From Phaeosaccion multiseriatum (Eukaryota > Protista > Ochrophyta, other classes): DNA of 64,000 nt. Below, piece by piece: positions 13,535-24,669 of the stretch. The stretch is from the NCBI GenBank assembly GCA_965112735.1, contig OZ218950.1:4898001-4962000 (forward strand), given 5' to 3'. The translations under genes and the position numbers were made by a program. The notes under the pieces were generated by a model, which searched no databases, was not told the origin of the DNA, and worked only from the letters and a program-made list of their open reading frames with translations. Numbering within the stretch: position 1 is the first letter of the stretch; each line of letters begins with the position of its first letter.

Positions 13535-15849
13535 ATGAAGGGGAGGTGTGTGCAGCTGGCAACCCCATGTTTGGGTGGACTAACGCTCTTTGGTTTGCGG
13601 CTGAGTGCTGCGCTGCTGGCTCAGTCATCCTCGCCGGGGGCCGCCTCGGCACCGCATCAAGGTCGGGCAGTACTGGCAACGTTTGTTGGCAGTGCTCGGG
13701 GAGAAATCCTCTCTACCATTCGTACACACAGGTACGACGGTAGCAAGTACAGCGGCCTGGATTCAAGCCAATGGTATCAAGGAGAGCAGGGCGGTTTCCA
13801 GCAGCGCGCGGAGAGCAAGAGGAGGAGAAGGAGGAGGAGGAGGAGCGCCGACGGCGGGGCGATTTGCAGCATCAGCGCCGATCGTCGAGCACGCAAGATG
13901 AGCGGCAGGATGATGGCGCACTCGTCCACATCAGCAGCACCAGCGTCGTCATCGCCCTCCACTTCTTCCTACCCCACCTCATCCTTCTTCCCCTCTTCGT
14001 CCGCCGGCGATGCGCGGCAAGGGAGGCGGCAGCAGCAACAGAAGCAGCGGAGACCCAGCACTTGGCAACAGCGACAACGGCAGAAACAGCAGCAGCAGAG
14101 CAAGGACCTTAGAGACCGAGAGAGGTGGCGGCATCTGTTGCTCCAGCGAGCTCGGCGGCAGCGCTCCATGCGTGGAATTCCCCTCAAGCTGAAGGATGTA
14201 TGGATGATCGGAGATGACGCTTTTCGAGGTACGGTACATGGAAGGCTCCTTGTCCAAGCTGCGGTAGGGTCGTTGGCCGTGTCTGCCCCTATCGTTGCGA
14301 GTGTGGTGTCGGCCGTTGGTGTGTACATCAGCTGCTCGCTCAGGGCCCAGTCCAGGCTTCAGACGCTGCGACTCACGACGGAGGTGGCCATCATGTCGTA
14401 TTTTCATGCCTTGCCGCACGGCCTTGGCATTTCCGAGCTCTCCACTCATACGGCAACTGGCAACATAATGGTGCGTAAGGCTTTGCTGGGCAAGACTAGG
14501 TAGGAGGACGGGACGGGACGGACAGGGGGAGAGAAGGGAAAGAGGGTGGAAGAAAGTGAGCAGGCAGGGAACGTGTGGGCTTCGCTCATAGCAGTTGAGA
14601 GAGGCCCACAGAAGCAACTCTCTATTTCATTCCGCTAATCTGACTCACTCGCTCGCTCCAAATCTCAACACCGATTTACTTCCGCACAACCAGGGCTTCG
14701 TCGGTGCCGTCTTCCACTACCTTGGGCAGCACATGTGGGTGGTTGCCATACTAGGGGCCCTTCGCATTGGCGGCAGCTCTCCTCAACCCTGCTCCACTAC
14801 CTCTCGCTCCTCCGCAAGGCGTGCCTCACCACCTCCGTCTTCGTCATCGTCATCGTCTGCGTCATCGTCGTTGTCCTCGTCCGCCACCTCTTACCGACGA
14901 AGGGGATGGACTCTGCAACAAGGGGGCAGTCCGCAACCCTCCCTCGCCACGACGACAAGCACAAGCAAAGGGAGCAGAGGGAGCAGCAGTAGCAACACCA
15001 GCACCAGCACGCATGACGCCAACACCGAGATGAGGAGGAGCAGCGGCGGCACTTTTCGCCCCAACATTCTCGAGCTCAACGCCCTCCTGCTCGGCATCTC
15101 GTACCTGGGAAATGCACTCACGGGATCGAGGCTGCGCCACCTCATTCCCTGTGCCGGCGTGACGAGTACAACCACCGCTGCTGCTGCTGCTGCTGCTGCT
15201 GCGGCGGCGGGGGCGGGCATGGGGGCTTCGGCGGTGGTAGCAGGGGCAGCAGGGGATGCCTTCGAGCTTCGAGGCTTCTTCTCTCGGGGGGCTGGGGTCC
15301 TCACACTGCCCTTCGACCTTGCGGACTGCCTGCTGGGGCTGCAGGGCATCTGGAGCGCCACGGAGAGGGAGCTGTCCAAAGACTTTTGGAGCTTCGCTGC
15401 CGAGCCGTCCAACGTGCTGGTGGCGCACAGCCTTGGGGCCATCGGAGCCAGAAACATCAAGGCGAGAGCAGAGGGGCACTTTCTTCTGGCTGACTGGCCA
15501 TACCTCTGCGCTACAACCTGGAACCTGGCACTTGGTACCTGGCTCTTGCTTCTCGCTGCTCTTTGTGCTCACGCTCTTTCCTCGGCCCTTCGCCTTCTTC
15601 CTCCCTTCCCTCTCTCCTTGTGGCACCCCCTGCCTACCTTCCACCCACGCATGTCATCATCACCACCACCATCACCCCCCCCACCACCACCACCACCGGC
15701 ATGCAGGCATCCCGCCCCAACCTCCTTCAAGCCTCAGTGCAGCTCCTCTCTCGTCCGGCGGCGAGCCTGGGCTGGACCGCCGGCACCTCAAGTCTCTGCA
15801 TGGCTGGGGATCCCGTCTGCGGCGGCATTCTCTTGAGCAAGCTCTCTGA
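13535..15849 (+). CDS. Hypothetical, possibly membrane protein; approximate exons 13535-14470, 14693-15534, 15707-15849 (3' end uncertain)
   Basis: Two long ORFs are linked by plausible GT-AG introns and contain hydrophobic segments. No family was recognised. Confidence 0.45.
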
Positions 15850-16833
15850 CCCCTTGTGTGTAGTCATTGAGGGCCATGGCCACGTGTGGACCAAGTATGT
15901 CTCCGCGATGCTGGCCACCACCACGGGTGCGTCTCTTGGTGGGGTGGCGTCTCCATATAGAATTGGTACGGCACTGCCTTTACTGTGAAGGAGCTGCCTG
16001 CCAAGGAGCCAGCCCCATTCGACCGACGACCGGCCGAGGCAGGAGGAGCGAAGGTACTACATAGCTACTGCCTCGACCCCGAGCGAGCACGGACCCGCCC
16101 GCCGCTCAAGTGAGAGAGAGTGGAAGCATGAGAATGTGGAAGTGAAGTCACGGGCCGAGGAAATGCTCCGGCTGCTGTAAGTCTTACAGTCGTACAGCCT
16201 GGCCAGGTGCCGCTCCTCAAATCCTCCACACGAAGCAAGGACCGCAAGGACCGGCTTGAGCGACGCAAGAGAGCACGAGAGAGCGAGGCAGACACCCGTC
16301 GCGACGTGATAATGCATCAGCATACCGCACTACTGCTGCACACACCTCACCACACCCCTGCCACACACCGGAGACGACGGGCGAGACGAGCGAGCAGGCA
16401 CCTGGTTGGACGGAGCGAAGGGGGAAGGGAGCAAGTCGTCAAACAACAACAAGCACACCTGGACGAAGGACGCCACAGTCTGCCTGCCAAGGCGCCTCGG
16501 GAGCATCAGATTCGCTCTCGAATGTATATACACAAGTTTGTACATACTACTGTACAGTAATGTTCTTTTTTATAAAAAAAATTAAAATTTAAAAAAAAAT
16601 GTAATGAATGAATGAATGTGTTGGACATACGCGCACGCTTTTGCTTACTACTCAGGTACTGTGTGGGCAGACTGAAATGGAGAGCCAGAGCTCACCCGAT
16701 AACCCACGAGGATGATACATAATAAATACTACGAAGTTTTCGTCTTGTTCGTCTTGGCCTCCTACAAGTGTAACTAGGCATTGCTCCGCACTTTTATGGG
16801 TGCTATCTTTTCCTGGGGTACTCGAACATCAAC

Positions 16834-16904
16834 TTCAACCCCTGATGATTCTCGATAGCGCGCGATCGGGCCCCCTGATCGGCTGGCGCCGGCTAGGGGT
16901 TGAA
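16834..16904. mobile_element. Short MITE-like element with TIR ttcaacccct...aggggttgaa, related to 23402-23687
   Basis: 10-bp perfect inverted ends. The internal ttctcgatagcgcgc..tcgggcccc..gatcggctggcgccggc is shared with the 23.4-kb copy. Confidence 0.5.
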
Positions 16905-17368
16905 AAGAAATGACATATTATTGGCTACACCTGGCCATTGACACACGTGCCCGAACCACTGCTTACAAAACACTCAAAACACCAAAGGAAAACGAGGCGT
17001 TGTGTCCGACCGAGCATGGGTGGCCAGCGTAGCTACTCCACGACAAGGGTGGTATTGTCTTCTTTTCCGTAGAAGGTGATTTCTAATGTTTCATATATTA
17101 TTGAGTTCTTGTCCCCCCGTCGCGACAAGATCGATCAAAAACGTGCCCATACGACCGGCACCTTCAAACCACATACACTACCTACACCACCATTCGTGTC
17201 AAATTCGAACAAAATTACACTACAACTGTAACGATACACAAGAACATGAGCGTGATTTCCCGAACTGATTAAAGCTCTAAACAAGAGGGGAAATAAAGAC
17301 CAGACCTGCCTTCACCCAAGGGCTGACGGGCTGCTGGGCCCCCCTTGGGCTGGTTGGTCGCTTCCTGC

Positions 17369-19432
17369 TTAAGGGCATGCAATCTCGGCGTACACTCCAA
17401 ATCCGCAGAAGCGACACATCATGATGCCCTTCACGTTGCAGCCCAAATCCCCGGCCGAGCAGCTCTCATCCATGTAGCTGGGGGGGGTGAGGGAGGGACG
17501 GGATCGGGGGAGAGGACGGGGTAAGAGAAGACAAGACACGAGACGGCGAGGCCTTGCTTTGCTTTGTCCTTGTTCAAGAGGGACGGACGGGGACGGGGGG
17601 CGGGGCCGTCGAAGCAAAATCACAAAAAAAAACCCACACTCCTGCTCATCACAACTCACCACTCTTCGCCGAAACCGTCGCACGCACACCCGTCCTCTCC
17701 AAGAGCGATCGGGGCGGCAGTGGCGAAGGCTGGCGTGGGGGCGGGGGCGTCTCCGGCAATTATTCCGTCAGCCGAGGGCGTGCTGCTTCCGCCGGCGCAC
17801 GTCTCGTAAGTCAGGCCCGAGGAGGGGCAGAAGAAGAATTCCGTGGCTGGGGTGGAGGGGTAGTCCGCGAGGTACTTCATCGCTCCCTCGCAAGACTGGT
17901 AGCAGCCCCTAAGAAGTGAGTGAGCAACATACGAAGAGCAAGGGTTAGAGAGGGAACGAAAAAGGGCAAAACCGCACTGAAATCGTGAACTAATCCTTAC
18001 GTACGCATGAGTTCCCACTTCAGATAGTCTGCCCTCCCGCACACGCCCCCACACTGTTACTGAACTAAACATATGATGCAGAGTGGCGCCTTCCAGACAA
18101 GGCGGACGGGGCCACCTGGAGGCGCCCGAACGTGATTCCTACGCTCACCACCGGGCCCCCAACACCCAAGTCAAGCTTCTCTCTCTCTCTGTCTCTGTCT
18201 TACCTGCAGTCCTGAGGGAGCCCGAACATGGCGCAGTGGCACGGCGCACCGTCAGTGCTGTCGGAACAACTTGTGTCCACAGTGATGCACTTGTCGTAGA
18301 GTCCAAGGTACATAATGTCTGCCTCGGTGGCCGGGCAGGCAGGGGGCACCGGGCAAGTGCTCACGTCGTCATCGGGGAATTCGCAGTCAGCGTACTCGAA
18401 GTCGGGGTCGCAGAAGTCAAGTACTTCCTCGTCGCGCCCCTGTGCAATGATCATGTCCTGTGCGATGTGGGAGGGGGGGGGGGGTGAAGGAAGAAGGACA
18501 AATGGAGGACTAGCTTAGGTGTGTGTTCGCAACAGGTAAGGTAAGAAGAAGTTCAATGTCTGAACCTTATCGAAGGCGAGGAGGAAACAGGTGAGAAGAA
18601 GTTCAATGTCTGAATCTTATTGAAGGCGAGGAGGAGAGAAGAGGAGTGGAGGAGAGGAGATGTTCAAAGTCTCACTCACTTCGTAATGCTTGGCTCCCTC
18701 GCAATCGACGAAGCATGAGTGGCATTCCTGGAATGAAAGAGAGAGGGCAGCCGTACGTTAGAAACAAAGAGGAGATGCAACAACCATGCACCTCTCCCAT
18801 TCCACTCACGTCTCCCAGATTGAAGGGGTTGCAGTGATCCGTGCAGTCGGGGTTGACCCATACAATCTTGCCGAACTCCTCCAGCTGCATCTTGTTTTCG
18901 TCGCTGCATGCGCACGGCTCGCCCTCGGGCGGGCAGGTGGGTAAGTTGGAATAGTCTGTGGAGTGGGGCGGGGCGGAGCGGAGCGGAGGATAGGATGGTG
19001 GAATAGTGAGGACGTGTGATGGGACGGAGCAGGAGCAGCACCACGCGTCAAGTGAGAGTGGAGAGGCTGAGGGACCTTGGCCACGTGATGGACAGAAGTC
19101 TATACATGTACAACGCGCAGGAGAGGAGGTGACGTGACGCAAAAAAGCAATTGTTCTGCCGCGGGCAGAAGTTCAGCTCAGCGCACCATGTGGCGGCGAG
19201 AAGCAAAAGGGAGACAAGAAACCTCGAGAATCAGCGCAGATAGTGAACTGAGCCGCAGCAGAGAGAAGAAAGGGACATCCGCCGCCCCAAGGCCATTGAA
19301 TATCTTCGGCTGCACGACTGGTGGCAAGTGAATCTGCCTCTCTCCATCCCAACTCTTCAACTCTTACTCACCCTGGGCCAGCGCGAAGGCGCCGAAGGAG
19401 GCGAGGACGAGTGCGGTGGCAGTTCCCTTCAT
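17369..19432 (-). CDS. Paralog of the secreted Cys-rich CRFCGFG protein, lacking the TEAP repeats; exons 19432-19372, 18955-18810, 18727-18680, 18457-18204, 17908-17660, 17477-17369
   Basis: Signal peptide MKGTATALVLASFGAFALAQ on a 61-nt phase-1 first exon, the same size as in the paralog. The VPPACPATEADIMYLGLY...CRFCGFGVYA.IACP region is near-identical. All introns are GT-AG and in phase. Confidence 0.85.
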
Positions 19433-19663
19433 GATGATAAGTGCTTTGGCGTACTTATTTGTGAGGGAGGGTTGGGGGGGGAGGTGTGTGAGAAATCTGT
19501 GTGGAGACAGCTCTCTTTCGGGGGGGTCATCGCCCGTTAGACATAGCCGTTACGCGCCCCCTATGAATTTCTACTGTAAATTTCATTTCTTTTCTACGAC
19601 TTTTTCGCCACGTCCGCCCAAAAGTGGCATTCAGCAGTCTTTGCACATGACTATACTTACTGC

Positions 19664-19819
19664 TGTTGGGATATCTCACACCTTGAGACTGGTGACGAAC
19701 TTGCACGAGTGTGGGAAAGCGTCTTATTAGCTACATAACACTAAAAGAAGAAGAAGTGAACGGACTTGTACCAGCGATATGAGATCGATATCTAGTGTCG
19801 ACATCGATTTATCTCAACA
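19664..19819 (-). repeat. 3' LTR
   Basis: tgttggg...tctcaaca, matching 22929-23084. Confidence 0.95.
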
Positions 19820-19852
19820 CACCTCCTCGCCTGGTACTGTCCATTCCGCTAA

Positions 19853-20992
19853 CTACGCCCTAAAACCCATCATCTTTTCACGTAAAGCTACAAGTACTGC
19901 CGGGGTTACGTGCTTCGTCAAAAGGTCAGCCAGCTGCGCCTTTGAAGCCACGTACTCAAATGCAATAAGAGCCTCCTTCACTGCGTCTTGCAGAAAATGA
20001 AACCGAACATCAATGTGCTTCATCCTCCGCGTCGATGCATTGCTCTCTGCCAGCTTGATACACCCCATGTTGTCCTCAAAAACAACTGTCGCCTTCGACG
20101 AGTCATCAGGGAACAAGAAACTCAATACCTGCCTAATGTATAATATTTCCTTCACACAGTCACTGGCCGCCATGTACTCGCTCTCCAGCGAAGACATCGC
20201 CACACTCAGCTGCAATCGCACACCCCAAGTGATAGCTGCACCTCCGTACATCAAAGCGTAACCAGTCGAACTCCTGCGAGTGTCAACACATGCAGCGTAA
20301 CTCGCGTCTGCATATGCTTCCAAAACACACTCGCCCTTGCCAAACACCAAAGCACGATCCACAGTACCCTTCAGGTATCCAAACACACGCATAGCCTGCT
20401 TCCAATGCTCAGGGCCGGGGTTCTTCATATACCGCGACAACTCTCTAACAGCATAGGCAATATCAGGCCTTGTCCAGTTTGAGATCCACATCAAAACGCC
20501 CACCACACCGGGGTAGTCCTTGTCAGTCATAAAAGCTACATCAGCTGCAGACGATGGCTCCATACTCTTGCTGAGTGCTGTGCCAGACACACCGGGTGTC
20601 GAGTAAACTCGATCAGACTCCAAACCAAACTTCACTATCATCTGCTTGATGTAGTGCTCCAATGTCAATGTGACAGTGCCTACGCTCCGGTTGAACACAA
20701 CGCGCACTCCCAAAAACTGATCAACATTGGGCCCAAGTCTCTTCAACGAAAACTTGTTGTCCAGCTCTGTAAAGAGCCAGTCCACCACCTCCTGCTTTCC
20801 TCCGCAGGACAAATCATCAACAAATACAATGAGGATGCCAACAAGCTCCCCATTCTTCCACAAAACAAATAAACACGGCTCAGCGCCACACTGTTGCCAT
20901 CCAAGCTCAAGCAGAAACTTCACCAATGTCTGATACCAACGCCATGCATAGAGCGCCTTCTTCAAGCACATGATCGTGTCGTAGAGTGCCAT
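19853..20992 (-). CDS. Copia reverse transcriptase C-terminal half plus RNase H
   Basis: Motifs LKKALY, EPCLF, IVFVDD (catalytic YVDD), FLG, TRPDIAYAV, YADASYA..DTRRSSTGY, SSLESEY, FEDN, KHIDVRFHF, QLADLLTK. Confidence 0.9.
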   Translation of the reverse strand: MALYDTIMCLKKALYAWRWYQTLVKFLLELGWQQCGAEPCLFVLWKNGELVGILIVFVDDLSCGGKQEVVDWLFTELDNKFSLKRLGPNVDQFLGVRVVFNRSVGTVTLTLEHYIKQMIVKFGLESDRVYSTPGVSGTALSKSMEPSSAADVAFMTDKDYPGVVGVLMWISNWTRPDIAYAVRELSRYMKNPGPEHWKQAMRVFGYLKGTVDRALVFGKGECVLEAYADASYAACVDTRRSSTGYALMYGGAAITWGVRLQLSVAMSSLESEYMAASDCVKEILYIRQVLSFLFPDDSSKATVVFEDNMGCIKLAESNASTRRMKHIDVRFHFLQDAVKEALIAFEYVASKAQLADLLTKHVTPAVLVALREKMMGFRA

Positions 20993-21033
20993 CCTTCAAG
21001 CGCATGACCTTGCCGTGCTCCACATACACCACC

Positions 21034-22806
21034 TCATGTGTATGACCTTGTCCTGCTCCACATACACCACCGCATGCTCTTGAAGAGGTGCATCGCCATC
21101 CTGAGCCAAAGACAGAAGCGCACATGGAACCATATCCATTCCGTACCAATACCAGCTGGTGTCAGCCGACCAGGATATAGCTGACCAAGCCGCTGAGGCT
21201 CAGTCTCTTCCACTACCCCTGTGCCTTCCTTCACCTCCTGCCTCAGACGTAGCTGTGGCCCCTCGTGCTCCACCTCTTGTTCGTGTAGCCGCTGCTGGGA
21301 CCGCTTCCACCCCTCCTTGTGCAGTAAGTGCTGGGACTGCTCACGCACCACCGCATCTGCCTGTCGCCGGCTCTGCCCAGTAGGGCATGTCGTGGCTTCG
21401 TGGTCGGGCACCACCGGCTCCTCAACCCCTTCTCCTTGTGCGGGTACCACCGGCTCCTCAACCCCTTCTCCTTGTGCGGGTACCACCGGCGCCTCAACCC
21501 CTTCTCCTTGTGCGGGTACCACCGGCTCCTCAACCCCTTCTCCGTCTACATTCAAGACGAAGGTATCGTCATCGTTCGCGGCAGAAACTCCTTGAGTGAA
21601 TTCCTCGCCTTGCACACGAACTGGAGTAGGAGCTTCCATGACTGGTGCCTCCTCACTCCGGGCTGGAGTAGGAGCTTCCATGACTGGTGCCTCCTCACTC
21701 CGGGCTGGAGCAGGAGCTTCCAAACCTGGTGCCTCCTCACTCCGGGCTGGAGCAGAAGCTTCCAAACCTGGTGCCTCCTCACTCCGGGCTGGAGTAGGAG
21801 CTTCCAAACCTGGTGCCTCCTCACTCCGTTCCTCATTCGTGGCTTCTTGCACAGTGCCTCGACGTGGAGCAGGAGCTTCCACAACCGGTGGTGCCTCCTC
21901 GCTCTCTTGTGCCTCTGCAGCGTCCATGAAGCGCTCGTCGGCATCCCTCATATTGCGTGCCAACGCTGCCTTCAAGGCTGCAATAGAGGAGCGGGACTCG
22001 TCGTCCAGGGACTCGTCGTCCAGCTCCATTAAAACGGAGTAGCGGGACTCGTCGTCCAACTCCCTATACTGTGTCAAAACGGACTTCACCGTGGGTCTAC
22101 TGGCCACTACAGCAGACCTAAGTCCAGACATGGCAGGCGTAGACGCTCTGCCACCGCTCCCGCTACGAGCAGAGGTATCCACTGCTGCTGCCCGACTGGG
22201 GGAGTTTGTTACGGGCCCCACCTGGGCACTACGCAACCCTCGTGTATGGAGTTCCTTGTAGTCAAGGCCAGGCCGCATACGCAAGCCATAGCCGCTGCCG
22301 GACAAAGCTGAATCAACTCGAAGCTCCTCCTGCTGCCTTCTACTCAGAAATTCCTCCTGTTTCTTGCTCGCTTGATCCTGGAGCCACCGCTCTTTGATCC
22401 AACGACGTGACTCCTCTCTCGAAGCTCTGATGGACTTCACCGTGGGTCTACTGGCCACTGCAGCAGACCTAAGTCCAGACATGGCAGGCGTAGACGCTCT
22501 GCCACCGCTCCCGCTACGAGCAGAGGGATTCACCGCTGCTGCCCGCCTGGGGGATTCAGTTGCGGGCCCCACCTGGGCACTACGCAACCCACACAGGTAG
22601 AGGTCTGAGTGTTCGATACCTGACCGCCTACGCAAGTCATAATGGATGCTGACGGAAGGAGCTGAATCAGCTCGTAGCCCCTCCTGCCTTCCACTCAAAA
22701 CCCCCTCCTGTCTCGTGCTCTCTTGGTCGCGGAGCCACCGCTCCTTGATCGCACGACGTGCCTTCTCCCTCGAAGCTCTAGACACTCGTCGGTCCGCCAT
22801 ACCCAA
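21034..22806 (-). CDS. Repeat-rich ORF of the LTR element (about 351-bp internal duplication, 42-bp and 36-bp tandem units); no gag, protease or integrase motifs
   Basis: 590-codon ORF with a non-ATG start in the track. It contains SEEAPGLEAP and GEGVEEPVVPAQ repeats. Degenerate RT N-terminal remnants (VVYVEQ, KVMRLK) lie in shifted frames at about 21200-20990. Confidence 0.45.
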   Translation of the reverse strand: MGMADRRVSRASREKARRAIKERWLRDQESTRQEGVLSGRQEGLRADSAPSVSIHYDLRRRSGIEHSDLYLCGLRSAQVGPATESPRRAAAVNPSARSGSGGRASTPAMSGLRSAAVASRPTVKSIRASREESRRWIKERWLQDQASKKQEEFLSRRQQEELRVDSALSGSGYGLRMRPGLDYKELHTRGLRSAQVGPVTNSPSRAAAVDTSARSGSGGRASTPAMSGLRSAVVASRPTVKSVLTQYRELDDESRYSVLMELDDESLDDESRSSIAALKAALARNMRDADERFMDAAEAQESEEAPPVVEAPAPRRGTVQEATNEERSEEAPGLEAPTPARSEEAPGLEASAPARSEEAPGLEAPAPARSEEAPVMEAPTPARSEEAPVMEAPTPVRVQGEEFTQGVSAANDDDTFVLNVDGEGVEEPVVPAQGEGVEAPVVPAQGEGVEEPVVPAQGEGVEEPVVPDHEATTCPTGQSRRQADAVVREQSQHLLHKEGWKRSQQRLHEQEVEHEGPQLRLRQEVKEGTGVVEETEPQRLGQLYPGRLTPAGIGTEWIWFHVRFCLWLRMAMHLFKSMRWCMWSRTRSYT

Positions 22807-22928
22807 TGCAGCGTGGCAGACGCACCAGTGCTAAAATCTGCTCCGACCGTTTCACCTTCCCGTACTCATCCCGTACTTTACGTCCACCGCTGCACTAATG
22901 CGCATTAGCTTTCAACCGACAATTGTCG

Positions 22929-23084
22929 TGTTGGGATATCTCACACCTTGAGACTGGTGACGAACTTGCACGAGTGTGGGAAAGCGTCTTATTAGCTACA
23001 TAACACTAAAAGAAGAAGAAGTGAACGGACTTGTACCAGCGATATGAGATCGATATCTAGTGTCGACATCGATTTATCTCAACA
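22929..23084 (-). repeat. 5' LTR
   Basis: Matches 19664-19819. Confidence 0.95.
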
Positions 23085-23130
23085 ACTGCTGCTGCTGCTG
23101 CTGCTACTATACGTGTCAACGTGTCAACCA

Positions 23131-23433
23131 CTACTAATCCCTTCATCCAGGAGGCGCACACGCTCACAAGATTCTCTCAACAGCAGAGAGGTATTGGCTG
23201 ATCATGATCGATTGATTGATTGATTGACCGCTCGACTAGGACCTAGAGTCCACCCCTGACGCACTATAGCCCACATTCTACTACTAATCCCTTCATCCAG
23301 GAGGCGCACACGCTCACAAGATTCTCTCAACAGCAGAGAGGTATTGGCTGATCATGATCGATTGATTGATTGATTGATTGACCGCTCGACTAGGACCTAG
23401 AGTCGACCCCTGACGCACTATCGCCCACATTCT
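23131..23433. repeat. Tandem duplication of an approximately 150-bp unit
   Basis: ctactaatcccttcatccagg...gcccacattct starts at 23131 and again at 23281. Confidence 0.9.
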
Positions 23434-23687
23434 CGATAGCGCGCTATCGGGCCCCAGGGGGGCGGATAGCGCGCTATCGGCCGCCGGCCGATAGCGGATA
23501 GCGGATCGGCTGGCGCCGGCGATAGTGGATAGCGGATCGGCTGGTGCCGGCGATAGCGGATAGCGTGCCAGCTGGCGCCGGCGATAGCGGATAGCGCGCC
23601 GGCTAGCTAGCGCCGGTGATAGCTGATAGCGCGCCGGCTGGCGCCGGCGATAGCGGATAGCGGATAGGCAGTGCATGAGGGGTTGAC
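23402..23687. mobile_element. MITE-like element with imperfect TIR gtcgacccct...aggggttgac and an internal GATAGCG/GCGCCGGC array
   Basis: The ends are inverted, and the internal motifs are shared with 16834-16904. Confidence 0.5.
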
Positions 23688-24280
23688 AGGAGGGGACTTG
23701 CTTGATGGGCCCCAGCCCTACCAGACACGCCTAGCTAGCGGCCTAGGCCTATTTGGGATTTGTCTAGCCTAGACGTAGGCCGAGGGGGGGGATTTGCCCC
23801 TGGGCTGGACCGGAGCCCGCCCAAATGTCTGATAGGGCATTGAAGCCAAACGACAGTACACACACATACACACAGATGCTTATGTATGTATCTTCTTTGT
23901 CCCCTCACTCTTCTGCCTCTCCCTACCTCTCTCGCTTCGCCCTCCCTTCCTCCATACCTCCATACCCCCTCCTCTCTCTCCCCCCCCCTTCCTCCCATCC
24001 CCCCTTATTTGTCAGCGTATCGTGACACACCTTGACGATCGCATACATACTGCGTCGCATGCGCTGCCCTGTCCGACAGAGGCGCATATCGCGCTCGGGT
24101 AGGATAGGCAGGGACACGCGAGTATGCGACCGCACTTGTACAAAGAAGCTTCCGACAATTGGCCGACGTTTCAGTTTCAGTTTCAGTTTCAGTTTATCAG
24201 ACCCCTAGTCATTTCGGGTTTCTCATACATACGCACCCTACCACGGCGAGGCGAACGAACTTGCTGCAGCAGTAGGCCCC

Positions 24281-24610
24281 ATCAAGACGGCCCTCCGCAT
24301 CATCGAGTGCGAGAGCCACCAAAAGGCGGCCGAAGAGACCCACTATACTATGATCTCACTGGGTGTAGTGGGTTCGGCCCCTGACATGCTTCTGAGACAG
24401 GCCAGCCCAGAAGCAGGAAGCAGCCTTGGCCCTCATCATTGCCTTATTACATGGCTTTCCCCCAGAACCTGGAACCTGCCTGGCCGGCTGGCGCCGCCCA
24501 GAAGCAGGAAGCAGGGTCGCCTCAGAAGCATGTCAGGGGCCGAGTGGGTCTTCTCGGTCGCCTTCTGGTGGTTCTCGCACTCGATGATGCGGAGCGAGGG
24601 CCGTCTTGAT
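24281..24610. repeat. Long imperfect inverted repeat (foldback) with arms of about 90 bp
   Basis: atcaagacggccctc..cgcatcatcgagtgcgaga..gacccact..cggcccctgacatgcttctgag is mirrored by its reverse complement, which ends at 24610. Confidence 0.9.
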
Positions 24611-24669
24611 TAAAACAAAGGTCCTCACCCGTCGCGCGGTGAAGCTCTCCTCGCTGCCACTACTGCTGC

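Larger units (their letters stand above)
19664..23084 (-). mobile_element. Ty1/Copia-derived non-autonomous LTR retrotransposon, 3421 bp
   Basis: 156-bp LTRs at 19664-19819 and 22929-23084 (TG..CA, identical as read). 5-bp TSD ACTGC at 19659-19663 and 23085-23089. Polypurine tract ggcgaggaggtg next to the 3' LTR. Copia RT/RNase H ORF inside. Confidence 0.95.

Noticed and set aside
21400-21830. CRISPR-like spaced repeats
   Set aside because: These are contiguous 36/42-bp tandem repeats without unique spacers, inside a eukaryotic LTR element.
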